Part shown: piece by piece, positions 35,612 through 46,386 of the stretch
How the letters are laid out: the number at the start of each line of letters is the position of its first letter
Position numbering within the stretch: the stretch's first letter is position 1
NCBI GenBank assembly: GCA_031372565.1
Contig: JANMLN010000099.1
Coordinates: 1-46,392, forward strand
DNA: 46,392 bases
Direction of reading: 5' to 3'
Origin: Gemmatimonadota bacterium
Lineage (GTDB): Bacteria > Gemmatimonadota > Gemmatimonadetes > Gemmatimonadales > Gemmatimonadaceae
The notes under the pieces: model-generated
Seen by the model: only the letters and a program-made list of their open reading frames with translations
Told to the model about the DNA's origin: nothing
Database searches by the model: none
Translations under genes and position numbers: made by a program

Positions 35612-36750
35612 CGCGGCGTGTGGTGGCGGCCCTCGCGCTCCTGACGGCCGTTGCGGTTCGCGCCGACGCGCAAGGCACGCTGGGGTCGCAAGGCTATGGG
35701 TACAACGGCGGCGAAGCGAGCACGCGGTCGCGTGGCGCGGCCGGTGCGCTCGCGGAGTTCGATGCGGCCTCGCCGCTCAATCCGGCGGCGATGCTTCAGC
35801 TGGGCCGTTCCGCCATCTTCTTCCAGTACGATCCCGAGTTCCGGACCACGCAGGTGCCCGGGGGCTCCACGTCGACGTCCGTCTTCCGGTTCCCGCTCTT
35901 CGCGGCGATGATCGCGCTCGGTCCGGAATCGCGCGGCATGGTGGGCATCTCGGCCTCGAGCCTCTTCGACCGGACGTGGGCCATTTCGGACTCCGGGGTG
36001 CAGAACGTCGGTGGCGACACCGTCACGTACACGCAGCTGCAGGGAAGTCGTGGCGGCATGTCGGACGTGCGCCTCGGCTTCGCGTGGCGCTTCACGGACC
36101 GCTTGCGTGCGGGCGTGGCGGTGCACGCGATCGTCGGCTCGAACCAGAACACCACCACGCGCATCTATCGCGATTCGTCGGCCTACGTGCCGGCGCAGCT
36201 CGCGAGTGACTTGCGGTACTCGGGCAGTGCGCTGTCGCTGGGGGGCGAGTGGACGCCCATCGACCGGCTCATGCTCGCCGGCTCCGCGCGCATCGGCGGC
36301 TCGCTCACCGCCGCGATCACCGACTCGGCGACCGTGGCCACGGGCCGAGTGCCGTCGCGCATCGGGCTCTCCGCGCGCACCGACCTGGCCAAGGGCACGC
36401 AAGTCACCGCGGCGCTCACGTGGAACGGTTGGTCGTCCATGCGCTCGATGTTGCAGGATCCGCGCGGCACGCAGGACGCATGGGACTCGGCGTTGGGCAT
36501 CGAGTCGAATGGGCCGGTCATTTTCGGTCTTCCGACGGTGTGGAGGGCCGGACTTTCCTCGCGCACCCTTCCGTTTGGTGTCGGGCCCTTGGGCGTGCGG
36601 GAGGCCAACGCCGCCGCAGGCATGTCGTTCTTCTTCGCGCAGGGCCGTTCGATCATCGACCTTGCCCTCACGCGGGCGCAACGCGCGGCGAGCGGCGGAC
36701 TCAGCGAGTCCGCCTGGACGATGTCGATCGGGCTCTCGGTTCTGCCGTAG
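35608..36750 (+). CDS. Outer-membrane beta-barrel protein (FadL/PorV-like)
   Basis: Signal peptide, STRSRGAAGA...SPLNPAAM (FadL/PorV-like N-terminal NPA motif) and alternating amphipathic strands ending WTMSIGLSVLP. Confidence 0.68.
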   Translation: MTRRVVAALALLTAVAVRADAQGTLGSQGYGYNGGEASTRSRGAAGALAEFDAASPLNPAAMLQLGRSAIFFQYDPEFRTTQVPGGSTSTSVFRFPLFAAMIALGPESRGMVGISASSLFDRTWAISDSGVQNVGGDTVTYTQLQGSRGGMSDVRLGFAWRFTDRLRAGVAVHAIVGSNQNTTTRIYRDSSAYVPAQLASDLRYSGSALSLGGEWTPIDRLMLAGSARIGGSLTAAITDSATVATGRVPSRIGLSARTDLAKGTQVTAALTWNGWSSMRSMLQDPRGTQDAWDSALGIESNGPVIFGLPTVWRAGLSSRTLPFGVGPLGVREANAAAGMSFFFAQGRSIIDLALTRAQRAASGGLSESAWTMSIGLSVLP

Positions 36751-36757
36751 CTCGGCG

Positions 36758-37918
36758 GTGCGCGCCGCGGCTGGCCCCGACGCGCCGCTGGTGCTCGTCG
36801 CCGACGACGTCCCGGCGAACGTCGAGTTGCTGCAGGACCAGCTCGAGACGCTCGGCTTTCGCACGTTGCCGGCGGTCGACGGTCCCACGGCGCTGGCGGC
36901 TGCGCTGGCTCATCGTCCCGCGCTCGCCATTCTCGACGTGGCCATGCCCGCGGGTGACCTCGGATGCGAGGACCGCGCCACGGGCTTCGAGGTGTGCCGT
37001 CGGCTCAAGCGCGATCCGCGGACCGCGCGCATCCCGGTCGTGTTCGTCACGGCGCTCAATGACACCACCGATCGCGTCAAGGCGATCGAAGCCGGCGGTG
37101 ACGACTTCCTGACCAAGCCGCACAATCGCATGGTGCTGGGGGCGCGCATCCGTTCGCTGCTGGCGCTGCGCACTGCCACCGACGAACTCGACGGGAGCTA
37201 TCGCAAGCTTCGCGAGCTCGAGAAGGTGCGCGACGATCTCATGAAGATGATCGTGCATGACCTCAAGACACCGCTGGCTGCGGTCCAGGCCACGCTCGAG
37301 ATGCTCGGGGACGGCGACTTCGGTGCCGTGACACCCTCGCAGGCGGCGGCGCTCGAGGGGGCGCAGGCGCGATCAGCCGATCTCCTCGCGCTCATCGAGG
37401 ATCTGCTCGAACTGGCCCGGCTCGAGGAGGCGCATGTGCAGTTGGAGCGCGTCCCGGTCGACGCGGGGGCCTTGCTGACGCAGGTCCTTGGCGAGTGGGA
37501 GCTGCGTCTGCGGCAGGAGGGGGGGAGCGCGACGGTCGATGTCCCGCCCGGATTGCCGGTCGTGAGCGCCGATGAAGCGCTCCTGCGGCGCGTGCTCAAC
37601 AACCTGCTCCAGAATGCCGTGGTGCACGCGCGGCGGGCGGTGACGCTCACGCTGAGCGCCCGCGCCGATCAGGGCGGCGTTCGTCTGTCCGTCACCGACG
37701 ACGGTCCCGGGATCGCGCCCGCGTATCACGAGCTGATCTTCCGGAAGTTCGAGCGCGTGCGGGTCGCGGGGCCAAGCACGGCGCGTTCGTCGGGGCTGGG
37801 ATTGTCGTTCTGCAAGCTCGTGGCGGACGCCCACGGTGGTCGCATCTGGGTGCAGAGCGCGGAGGGTGAGGGAGCCACCTTCCATCTGTTCCTGCCCGTC
37901 GCCCGACCCGACGCGTAA
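36758..37918 (+). CDS. Hybrid response-regulator / histidine kinase (REC-HisKA-HATPase)
   Basis: REC domain (LVADD, ILDVAMP, FVTA, FLTKP), H-box VHDLKTPL, N-box NLLQNA, G-boxes DDGPGI and SGLGLSFC. Start at GTG 36758. Confidence 0.92.
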   Translation: MRAAAGPDAPLVLVADDVPANVELLQDQLETLGFRTLPAVDGPTALAAALAHRPALAILDVAMPAGDLGCEDRATGFEVCRRLKRDPRTARIPVVFVTALNDTTDRVKAIEAGGDDFLTKPHNRMVLGARIRSLLALRTATDELDGSYRKLRELEKVRDDLMKMIVHDLKTPLAAVQATLEMLGDGDFGAVTPSQAAALEGAQARSADLLALIEDLLELARLEEAHVQLERVPVDAGALLTQVLGEWELRLRQEGGSATVDVPPGLPVVSADEALLRRVLNNLLQNAVVHARRAVTLTLSARADQGGVRLSVTDDGPGIAPAYHELIFRKFERVRVAGPSTARSSGLGLSFCKLVADAHGGRIWVQSAEGEGATFHLFLPVARPDA

Positions 37919-38006
37919 CAAGCGCGACACCCCAGCCCTGATGGGGGGCACGCGTGTTATTTTTCGAGGTTTCCACCGAGTGTCTCCCGCCCTCCTTTCG
38001 CCGCCC

Positions 38007-39344
38007 ATGACCGACGCGACACGCACGGTCTACATCGAGACCTACGGCTGCCAGATGAACGTGAGCGATTCCGAGTTGATGCTCGGGAAGCTCGCGGCCG
38101 CCGGGTACGCGCAGGCGGAAGGTCCCGAAGGCGCCGACGTGATCCTGGTGAACACCTGCGCGATCCGCGAGCACGCCGAGACGCGCGTGATCGGCAGGCT
38201 GGGCGAGCTCAAGCGCTACATGAAGGCCGACGCGATCATGGGCGTCACTGGCTGCATGGCGCAGCGGCTGGGGCCGCGTCTGCTGCAGCAGGCCAGGCAC
38301 GTGTCGTTGGTGATCGGACCCGACGGCTACCGCGCACTCCCGCAGCTGATCGACGGCGCGCGCGCGGGCCAGCGCACGGCGGTGACCGACTTCGACCTCG
38401 AGGAGCACTACGAAGATGTGCTCCCGATCCGCGGCGACCGCGTGAAGGCGTGGATCCCCGTGCAGCGCGGGTGCGACTACCGCTGCACGTACTGCATCGT
38501 GCCGACCACGCGCGGTCCTGAACGGAGCCGCAACCTCGACGAGGTGGTCCGCGAAACACGCGCCACGGCGGAGCAGGGGATCACCGAGGTGATCCTGCTC
38601 GGGCAGACGGTCAACTCGTACCGTGCGGGCGGTCACGACTTCGCCGACCTCCTGCGTGCGGTCGGTGCCGTCGACGGCATCAAGCGCGTGCGCTTCACGA
38701 GTCCGCATCCGAACGACTTCTCGGACCGCGTGATCGCGGCCATGGCCGAAGTGCCCGCCGTGTGCGAGCACGTGCACCTGCCCATGCAGAGCGGCTCCAC
38801 GCGCACACTCAAGCGCATGCTGCGCCGCTACTCGCGCGAGGAGTATCTCGCCTGCGTCGAGCGGCTGCGCGCGGCGATTCCCGGCCTGGCACTCACGACC
38901 GACGTGATTGTCGGCTTTCCCGGCGAGACCGACGACGAGTTCGCCGAGACGATCACGGCGGTGGAGGCGATCGGGTTCGAGGATGCCTTCACCTTCAAGT
39001 TCTCGCCGCGTGAGGGGACCCCCGCCACGCGCATGCCGCCCGAACTCACCGTGCCGGATGACGTGGCCAGCGCGCGACTCGACCAGCTGATCACGACCAT
39101 CCGGGCCGGCGCGCGCGAGCGCAACATCGGGCGGCTCGGGGAGCGCCACGAAGTGCTCATCGAGCGCGAGGCCAAGCGCGGCGACTCCCTCCTCGCCCGC
39201 ACGCGCGACTTCAAGTCGGTGCTGGTGCCGGCGGAGGGATATGCGCCCGGAGACTATGTGACCGTGGAACTCACCGGGACCACGGGCTCCACCTTCACTG
39301 GGGCGCCGGTCGCACGCCGCGCCGCCCTCCCCATGGCAGGATGA
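38007..39344 (+). CDS. miaB: tRNA-2-methylthio-N6-dimethylallyladenosine synthase
   Basis: Motifs TYGCQMNVSDSE, NTCAIREHAE, GCMAQR, radical-SAM GCDYRCTYCIVP, LLGQTVNSY, HLPMQSGS and IVGFPGET, plus a C-terminal TRAM domain. Confidence 0.95.
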   Translation: MTDATRTVYIETYGCQMNVSDSELMLGKLAAAGYAQAEGPEGADVILVNTCAIREHAETRVIGRLGELKRYMKADAIMGVTGCMAQRLGPRLLQQARHVSLVIGPDGYRALPQLIDGARAGQRTAVTDFDLEEHYEDVLPIRGDRVKAWIPVQRGCDYRCTYCIVPTTRGPERSRNLDEVVRETRATAEQGITEVILLGQTVNSYRAGGHDFADLLRAVGAVDGIKRVRFTSPHPNDFSDRVIAAMAEVPAVCEHVHLPMQSGSTRTLKRMLRRYSREEYLACVERLRAAIPGLALTTDVIVGFPGETDDEFAETITAVEAIGFEDAFTFKFSPREGTPATRMPPELTVPDDVASARLDQLITTIRAGARERNIGRLGERHEVLIEREAKRGDSLLARTRDFKSVLVPAEGYAPGDYVTVELTGTTGSTFTGAPVARRAALPMAG

Positions 39345-39652
39345 CCGATGCCGCTCCGCTTCGCCCCAGTGGGGCCCGCATGATCAACCTCATCGAGGAG
39401 TCGCTCGATGAGCATCACGAGCAGCTCCGACAGAAGGTCGCGGGCTATTGTGGTTGCGCGCAATGCAAGGATGACGTGTTGACGATGGCGCTCAACCAGA
39501 TTCGTCCTCGCTACACGTCGGGAGCGCGTCGCGGCGCCACGATCACGCGGGCCGAGTTGCAGCTCGATCAGGCGCGCGCCGAGATCATGGTCGTGGTGCT
39601 CGATGCCATGCGCAAGGTCGCCGCAGCGCCGAGGCACCTCCCGAAGTCGTAG
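39341..39652 (+). CDS. comFB: Late competence development ComFB family protein
   Basis: NLIEE...CGCAQCKDDVLTMALNQIRPRY...VAAAPRH matches the ComFB pattern. The start may be the internal ATG at 39380. Confidence 0.82.
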   Translation: MTDAAPLRPSGARMINLIEESLDEHHEQLRQKVAGYCGCAQCKDDVLTMALNQIRPRYTSGARRGATITRAELQLDQARAEIMVVVLDAMRKVAAAPRHLPKS

Positions 39653-39732
39653 CGCCTCTGCGTCACCCGTGAACGAGCGGGCCGGTGCGCCGAGGGCGTA
39701 CCGGCCCGCCGTGCATTCGGGGAGGTGGAGCG

Positions 39733-42012
39733 GTGCCGCTGGTGCTGGCGTTCGCGCTGTCGTTGGTCGCGGGATTGCTCCTCGGACTCGGCGCGCTCGG
39801 CGCGTGGGGCGCGCTGCTGGCCACGGGACTGCTCGTGGGGTGCATTGCCCGCACGGCGCCGCATGCGTGCACGCCGGGAAAGCCTGCGCGGCGGGTCGCG
39901 TTCATGCTCGCCCTCACCGGGGTCGCGGCATGTGCGTGGGGCGACGCCGCCGCACGGCGTGACGCGGCGTGCGCCCTGCGCGTGCAGCGCGCCCGCACGT
40001 GGGTCGCGACACTCGACGCCGATAGCGCCGTGGTGGGATCGTTCGTGCAGGCGCGACTCGCGGTGGACGCGTGCAGCGCGCGCGCCGCACTCCTCGTGGC
40101 CGATGGCGCGGCGCCCGCCGGCGCAATCGTCGTGGTGCGTGGCCGCGCCGAAGCGTCGGAGCGAGGGCTCGCCGTGCGCGAGGCGCGACTCGGCGCGACC
40201 GTGGGACCCGACGCATGGGTGGCGATGCGGGCGCGGGCGGCCGCGTCCATCGATTCGCTCTTCGGCGATGATGCCCCGATGGCGCGCGCGCTGCTCGTGG
40301 CCGACATGCGCGGGCTCGCTCCCGACGTGAAGCGGCGCTGGGCCGATGCCGGCATCGTGCACATGCTGTCGATCTCCGGCTTGCACGTGGCCATCCTCGG
40401 CGAGGCGATTGCCCTCCTGCTGGGCGCCCTGCGCATGGGGCCGCGCGCTCGGCTCGTCGTCACGGCCGCTGTGCTCGTCGGCTACATCGTGATGCTCGGC
40501 TGTCCACCGCCTGCCGTGCGGAGCGGCATCATGCTCGCGGCCGGGCGCGTGGGGTACCTGCTGCAACGACCGACGAGTCCGTGGGCCCCGCTCGCGCTTG
40601 GCGCATTGGTCCCTGTTGCGCTCGACGTGCGCACGGTGACTGACCTCGGCTGGCAGTTGAGCGTGGGCGGGATGGCCTCGCTGATTGCGACCGCGGGGTT
40701 GGCCGCGCGTGCGTTGCCGCACGGGTGGCGCGGCTGGAAACGGACCCTCGCGCGCGAGGGGCTGACGTCCGTGGTCGCGACGTTGGTCACGGCGCCGCTC
40801 GTGGCGTGGGCGATCGGACGGCTGTCGCTCATCGCACCGCTGACCAACCTCGTGGCGGCGCCGATCATGGGACTCACGCAACCGGCACTCTTTCTCGCAC
40901 TGGCCTTCGCCTGGTTGCCGCCGGTCGGGCGGCTCTTTGCCGCAAGCGCGCATCCGCTCCTGGTCGCGCTCGATGCCGTGGCACGAGCAGGCGCGGCGGT
41001 TCCTGGTGGGAGTGTGTCCGTCACGCCGGGCGATGCGGTGGCCGTGTGCGCTGCGATCGCGGCGGTGGCGGCCGTGGTCGCGTGCGTCAGCCGCTGGCCC
41101 GCGCGGCCTGCGATCGTTGCGATGGTCGCGCTCGCGGCCTGCGTCTGGTGGCCCGCGCCTCGGCCGGCGGTGGTGGGCGGGCGCGCCGGGCTCGAGCTGC
41201 ACGTGATCGACGTGGGGCAGGGCGATGCGCTCGCGCTTCGTACTCCGCACGGCGAGTGGGTGGTGATGGACGCGGGGCGCGACTGGCCCGGCGGCGATGC
41301 TGGCGCTCGCACCGTGGTGCCCTATCTCAAGCGGCATGGTGCGCTGCGAGTCTCGCTGTTCGTGCTGTCGCACGCGCACGCGGATCATGTCGGCGGCGCC
41401 GGCTCGGTGTTGGCGCTACTCGGAGCCAACGAGATGTGGGACGGCGCGTGGGTGGGGCCGACCCCGGGGTACCGGCGGCTGCTGACGGAGGCGCGGGCGC
41501 GGCGCATTCCCTGGCATCGCGTCCGGCCGGGCGACACGCGCGTGATCGACTCGGTGGAATTCACGGTGCTGGCCCCCGATTCGACGTGGGTGGCCGACCA
41601 GCGCGATGCCAACGAAGCCAGTGTGGTGTTGCGCGTGCGCTACGGTTCTGTGCGATTGTTGCTCACCGGCGACGCCGAGGCGGGCGAGGAGGCGTGGATG
41701 CGGGCGCACGCCGACACCGCGTTGCGGGCTGATGTGCTCAAGGTCGGGCACCATGGGTCACGCACGAGTACCACCCCGGCGCTGCTCGACGCGGTCCAGC
41801 CGCGCGTGGCGGTCATCTCCGTGGGGCGCGTCAACACATATGGGCACCCGAGCGCGAGCACGCTGAGTGCGCTGGCGCGAAGCGGGGTACAGGTGCTGCG
41901 GACGGACCGCGGCGGAACCGTGGTGATTCGGACGGACGGTCGCGCGCTGGAGCTTGAGGCTGAGGGGCAACGGTGGCTGGTGCCCAACGGGGGGAAGGTG
42001 CCGATACCATGA
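39733..42012 (+). CDS. comEC: DNA internalization competence protein ComEC/Rec2
   Basis: Competence domain AGIVHMLSISGLHV, PPAVRS and LGWQLS. Metallo-beta-lactamase domain IDVGQGDA, SHAHADHVGG, LTGDAE, LKVGHHGS and YGHP. GTG start after a GGAGG RBS. Confidence 0.93.
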   Translation: MPLVLAFALSLVAGLLLGLGALGAWGALLATGLLVGCIARTAPHACTPGKPARRVAFMLALTGVAACAWGDAAARRDAACALRVQRARTWVATLDADSAVVGSFVQARLAVDACSARAALLVADGAAPAGAIVVVRGRAEASERGLAVREARLGATVGPDAWVAMRARAAASIDSLFGDDAPMARALLVADMRGLAPDVKRRWADAGIVHMLSISGLHVAILGEAIALLLGALRMGPRARLVVTAAVLVGYIVMLGCPPPAVRSGIMLAAGRVGYLLQRPTSPWAPLALGALVPVALDVRTVTDLGWQLSVGGMASLIATAGLAARALPHGWRGWKRTLAREGLTSVVATLVTAPLVAWAIGRLSLIAPLTNLVAAPIMGLTQPALFLALAFAWLPPVGRLFAASAHPLLVALDAVARAGAAVPGGSVSVTPGDAVAVCAAIAAVAAVVACVSRWPARPAIVAMVALAACVWWPAPRPAVVGGRAGLELHVIDVGQGDALALRTPHGEWVVMDAGRDWPGGDAGARTVVPYLKRHGALRVSLFVLSHAHADHVGGAGSVLALLGANEMWDGAWVGPTPGYRRLLTEARARRIPWHRVRPGDTRVIDSVEFTVLAPDSTWVADQRDANEASVVLRVRYGSVRLLLTGDAEAGEEAWMRAHADTALRADVLKVGHHGSRTSTTPALLDAVQPRVAVISVGRVNTYGHPSASTLSALARSGVQVLRTDRGGTVVIRTDGRALELEAEGQRWLVPNGGKVPIP

Positions 42013-42088
42013 GGGCGGAGGGCTTTGCTGAGAGGGCCGGCAAGACGCGGTGCTGCCACCGAGTCACCGCGTGGGTTAGCCTCCGCAG

Positions 42089-42463
42089 GTGCGCATTTTC
42101 GTCGGCACAGCCGCATCGATCCCGCCCTCGCTCGCCAACCGCTGGCCAGAGCTTGCACAGGTCCGCTGGCGACGCGGCGGCCTGCCGCTCCGCGTCGGTG
42201 GCTGGTGCCTCGGCCGCGCCACGGTGTCGGGGATCACACTCGGTCGGACCGTCTGGCTTGCGCCCGGCGTGCCATGGGATCCGGAGCTTCTGCTCCACGA
42301 GGCACGACATGTGCATCAGTGGGGGGAGGACCCCTTCTTTCCGATGCGTTACATTCTGGAATCGGTCTGGCGGGGGTATCAGTCCAACCGATACGAAGTC
42401 GATGCTCGTCAGTATGCCGCCCGGCGGCTCGTCGCGCCGGATGGTCCTTCAGCCACCCCTTGA
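42089..42463 (+). CDS. DUF4157-like zincin (HExxH) domain protein
   Basis: Motifs [23 protein letters not shown] and [10 protein letters not shown]. Confidence 0.75.
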   Translation: MRIFVGTAASIPPSLANRWPELAQVRWRRGGLPLRVGGWCLGRATVSGITLGRTVWLAPGVPWDPELLLHEARHVHQWGEDPFFPMRYILESVWRGYQSNRYEVDARQYAARRLVAPDGPSATP

Positions 42464-42477
42464 GCAGGAACCCTCGC

Positions 42478-43500
42478 GTGGTCACCCACACCACCACCTC
42501 GGTCGTCACGATCGAGCGGTTCATCATCGAGCAGGAGCGCCTCCACCCGGAGGCCAGCGGAGAACTCTCCGGGCTCCTCTACGACCTCGCCCTCGCGGCC
42601 AAGATGATCGCGAGCAAGGTGCGCATGGCGGGCATCGCCGACATCCTCGGCGCCACCGACCACGAGAATGTGCAGGGAGAGGTCCAGCAGAAGCTGGATG
42701 TCATCTCGAACGAGATCCTGATCAAGGCACTCGATCACGGCGGCCGGCTCTGCTGCATGGCCTCCGAGGAAGAGCCCGACATGATCCCGATCCCCGAGAA
42801 GTTCAAGACGGGGAACTACGCACTCCTGTTCGACCCGCTCGACGGATCTTCGAACATCGACGTGAATGTGCCCGTAGGCACGATCTTCTCGATCGTGCGG
42901 AAGATCAGCCCGGGCCGGCGCGGGACGATGGAAGACCTGCTCCAGCCGGGGCGCCGTCAGGTGGCGGCGGGGTACGTCATCTACGGCTCGAGCACGATGC
43001 TCGTCTACAGCACGGGGCAGGGCGCGCACGGCTTCACGCTCGATCCGTCCATCGGCGAGTTCCTGCTCTCGCACCCGAACATTCGCACGCCGGACCGCGG
43101 CAAGTTCCTGTCGGTCAACGACGCGTACGAGGCCGTCTGGGCCGATGAGGTCAAGACGCTCATGCGCCACTACCGTGGCCTGGAGGGCGACCGGCAGCCG
43201 ATGAATGTGCGATACGTCGGGTCGCTCGTGGCCGACTTCCATCGCAACCTGCTGGGCGGCGGGATCTTCGTCTATCCGGCCAACGAGAAGGCGCCGCGTG
43301 GCAAGCTGCGTTTGCTGTATGAGGCCAACCCGCTGGCGTTCATCTGCGAGCAAGCGGGGGGCAAGGCCAGCGACGGCGCCCAACGCATCCTCGACGTGAA
43401 CCCCACCGAGCTGCACCAGCGCACGCCGCTGTACATGGGGAGCAAGCTGGACGTGGAACTCGCCGATCGCGTGCTCTCGGGCACCCACGCCGCCGTCTGA
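42478..43500 (+). CDS. fbp: Fructose-1,6-bisphosphatase class 1
   Basis: Motifs [61 protein letters not shown] and LHQRTP. Confidence 0.95.
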   Translation: MVTHTTTSVVTIERFIIEQERLHPEASGELSGLLYDLALAAKMIASKVRMAGIADILGATDHENVQGEVQQKLDVISNEILIKALDHGGRLCCMASEEEPDMIPIPEKFKTGNYALLFDPLDGSSNIDVNVPVGTIFSIVRKISPGRRGTMEDLLQPGRRQVAAGYVIYGSSTMLVYSTGQGAHGFTLDPSIGEFLLSHPNIRTPDRGKFLSVNDAYEAVWADEVKTLMRHYRGLEGDRQPMNVRYVGSLVADFHRNLLGGGIFVYPANEKAPRGKLRLLYEANPLAFICEQAGGKASDGAQRILDVNPTELHQRTPLYMGSKLDVELADRVLSGTHAAV

Positions 43501-43509
43501 CCACCTGCG

Positions 43510-43550
43510 GGCCGCGCGTCGTGTCGGACCCTTCGACACGGCGCGCGGTC
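43510..43550 (+). terminator. GC-rich stem-loop after fbp
   Basis: ggccgcgcgtcgtgtcgg-accct-tcgacacggcgcgcggtc forms an 18-bp stem with G-U pairs on the plus strand. Only a weak U-tract follows. Confidence 0.5.
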
Positions 43551-43567
43551 CGTCTTGAGCACCACAC

Positions 43568-45196
<1,629 letters not shown>

Positions 45197-45198
45197 TC

Positions 45199-45228
45199 GT
45201 CGTCCTGAGCGCAGCGAAGGACCTGCTT
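45199..45228 (+). repeat. REP-like palindromic repeat, copy 1
   Basis: gtcgtcctgagcgcagcgaaggacctgctt, identical to the copies at 46318 and 46350. Internal hairpin GTCCT...AGGAC. Confidence 0.85.
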
Positions 45229-45244
45229 TTCCCGAGGCTCACCC

Positions 45245-46309
45245 ATGTTCCGCCGCTGCATCGCGTGCAACGCCGACCTCGGCGGCAACGAGGCGCTGGA
45301 AGCGTTTCCGGTCGGGAAGCGCCTCGCCTTCGACGCGGCCAAGGGCCGCCTCTGGGTCGTCTGCCCCGCGTGCAAGCAGTGGAACCTCTCGCCGCTGGAG
45401 GAACGATGGGACGCCATCGAGGCGGCGGAGAAGCTCTACCGTGACACGAAGAAGCGCGTGACCACCGACGAGGTGGGGCTCGCGCGCGCGGCGGATGGCA
45501 CCGACCTCGTGCGCATCGGCGCGCCGCAGCGGCCGGAGTTCGCGGCGTGGCGGTATGGGGAGCGATTCGTGCGGCGTCGCACCAAGCACCTCGCGCTGGT
45601 GGCGGGTGGGATCGCGGCGGGCGGGGCGTTGCTGGCCGGGGGGGTCGCCGCGGGCGCCGTGACGGCGGGTTCGATCCATATCCTCACCTGGGCGATCCGC
45701 GGCGTGCGGCACGGTTACCGTCGGCTCCGCGTCGCGACGCGATACGAGGATGACGAGGGGCGACGCCACCTGATCACGCTCGCCCACGCGCGCCGAGCGG
45801 CGCTCGTGCAAGATGATGCGAGTGGCTGGCGCCTCGAAGTGCCGACCGTGCTCGCCACCGGAGACATGCGCGAGCGATTGTTCGGAAGCCTGCTGCGTCC
45901 GCTCGACCTGCGGGGGCCCGACGCCTTTCGCGCCTTGGGCCAACTCCTGCCCCATGTCAACGCGAGCGGCGCCCGACCTGAGCAGGTGCAACATGCGGTC
46001 GCACAGCTCGAGGGCGGTGAGAGCCTTGCCGCGCTCGCCACGCGCGCCGCGCGTACTCCCCGCGGTGAGATCTCGCTCTCCGGCACCGCGCCCACCCTGC
46101 CGGCGAGCCTCCGCGACCTCCCTGTCGAGTTGCGATTGGCCCTCGAAATGGCCCTCCACGAAGACGACGAGCGCCGCTGGCTCGAGGGCAAGCTCGACGA
46201 TCTGACCGACCGTTGGCGCGAGGCCGAGGAGGTGGCGGCGATCGCGGACCGGCTGCTGGTGCCGTGGTGGGTCGAGGCGCGGCTGGGGGAACGGCGGGAA
46301 GAGGGCTAG
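45245..46309 (+). CDS. Hypothetical protein with N-terminal zinc ribbon and one TM segment
   Basis: CIAC...CPAC cysteine pairs, WNLSPLEERW, a hydrophobic Gly/Ala segment and C-terminal LALEMALHEDDERR. RBS-like gagg upstream. Confidence 0.75.
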   Translation: MFRRCIACNADLGGNEALEAFPVGKRLAFDAAKGRLWVVCPACKQWNLSPLEERWDAIEAAEKLYRDTKKRVTTDEVGLARAADGTDLVRIGAPQRPEFAAWRYGERFVRRRTKHLALVAGGIAAGGALLAGGVAAGAVTAGSIHILTWAIRGVRHGYRRLRVATRYEDDEGRRHLITLAHARRAALVQDDASGWRLEVPTVLATGDMRERLFGSLLRPLDLRGPDAFRALGQLLPHVNASGARPEQVQHAVAQLEGGESLAALATRAARTPRGEISLSGTAPTLPASLRDLPVELRLALEMALHEDDERRWLEGKLDDLTDRWREAEEVAAIADRLLVPWWVEARLGERREEG

Positions 46310-46317
46310 GCCGCGCC

Positions 46318-46386
46318 GTCGTCCTGAGCGCAGCGAAGGACCTGCTTGTGTCGTCCTGAGCGCAGCGAAGGACCTGCTTGTGTCGT
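46318..46386 (+). repeat. REP-like palindromic repeat, tandem copies 2 and 3 (32-bp period) plus a partial fourth
   Basis: Identical 30-mers at 46318-46347 and 46350-46379, each followed by gt, then a gtcgt remnant. Confidence 0.88.

Noticed and set aside
37916..37968. Possible terminator between the hybrid kinase and miaB
   Set aside because: The stem is imperfect, and the T-rich run could equally be the miaB -10 region. Not supportable.
39568..41388. 606-aa minus-strand ORF
   Set aside because: Antisense shadow of comEC.
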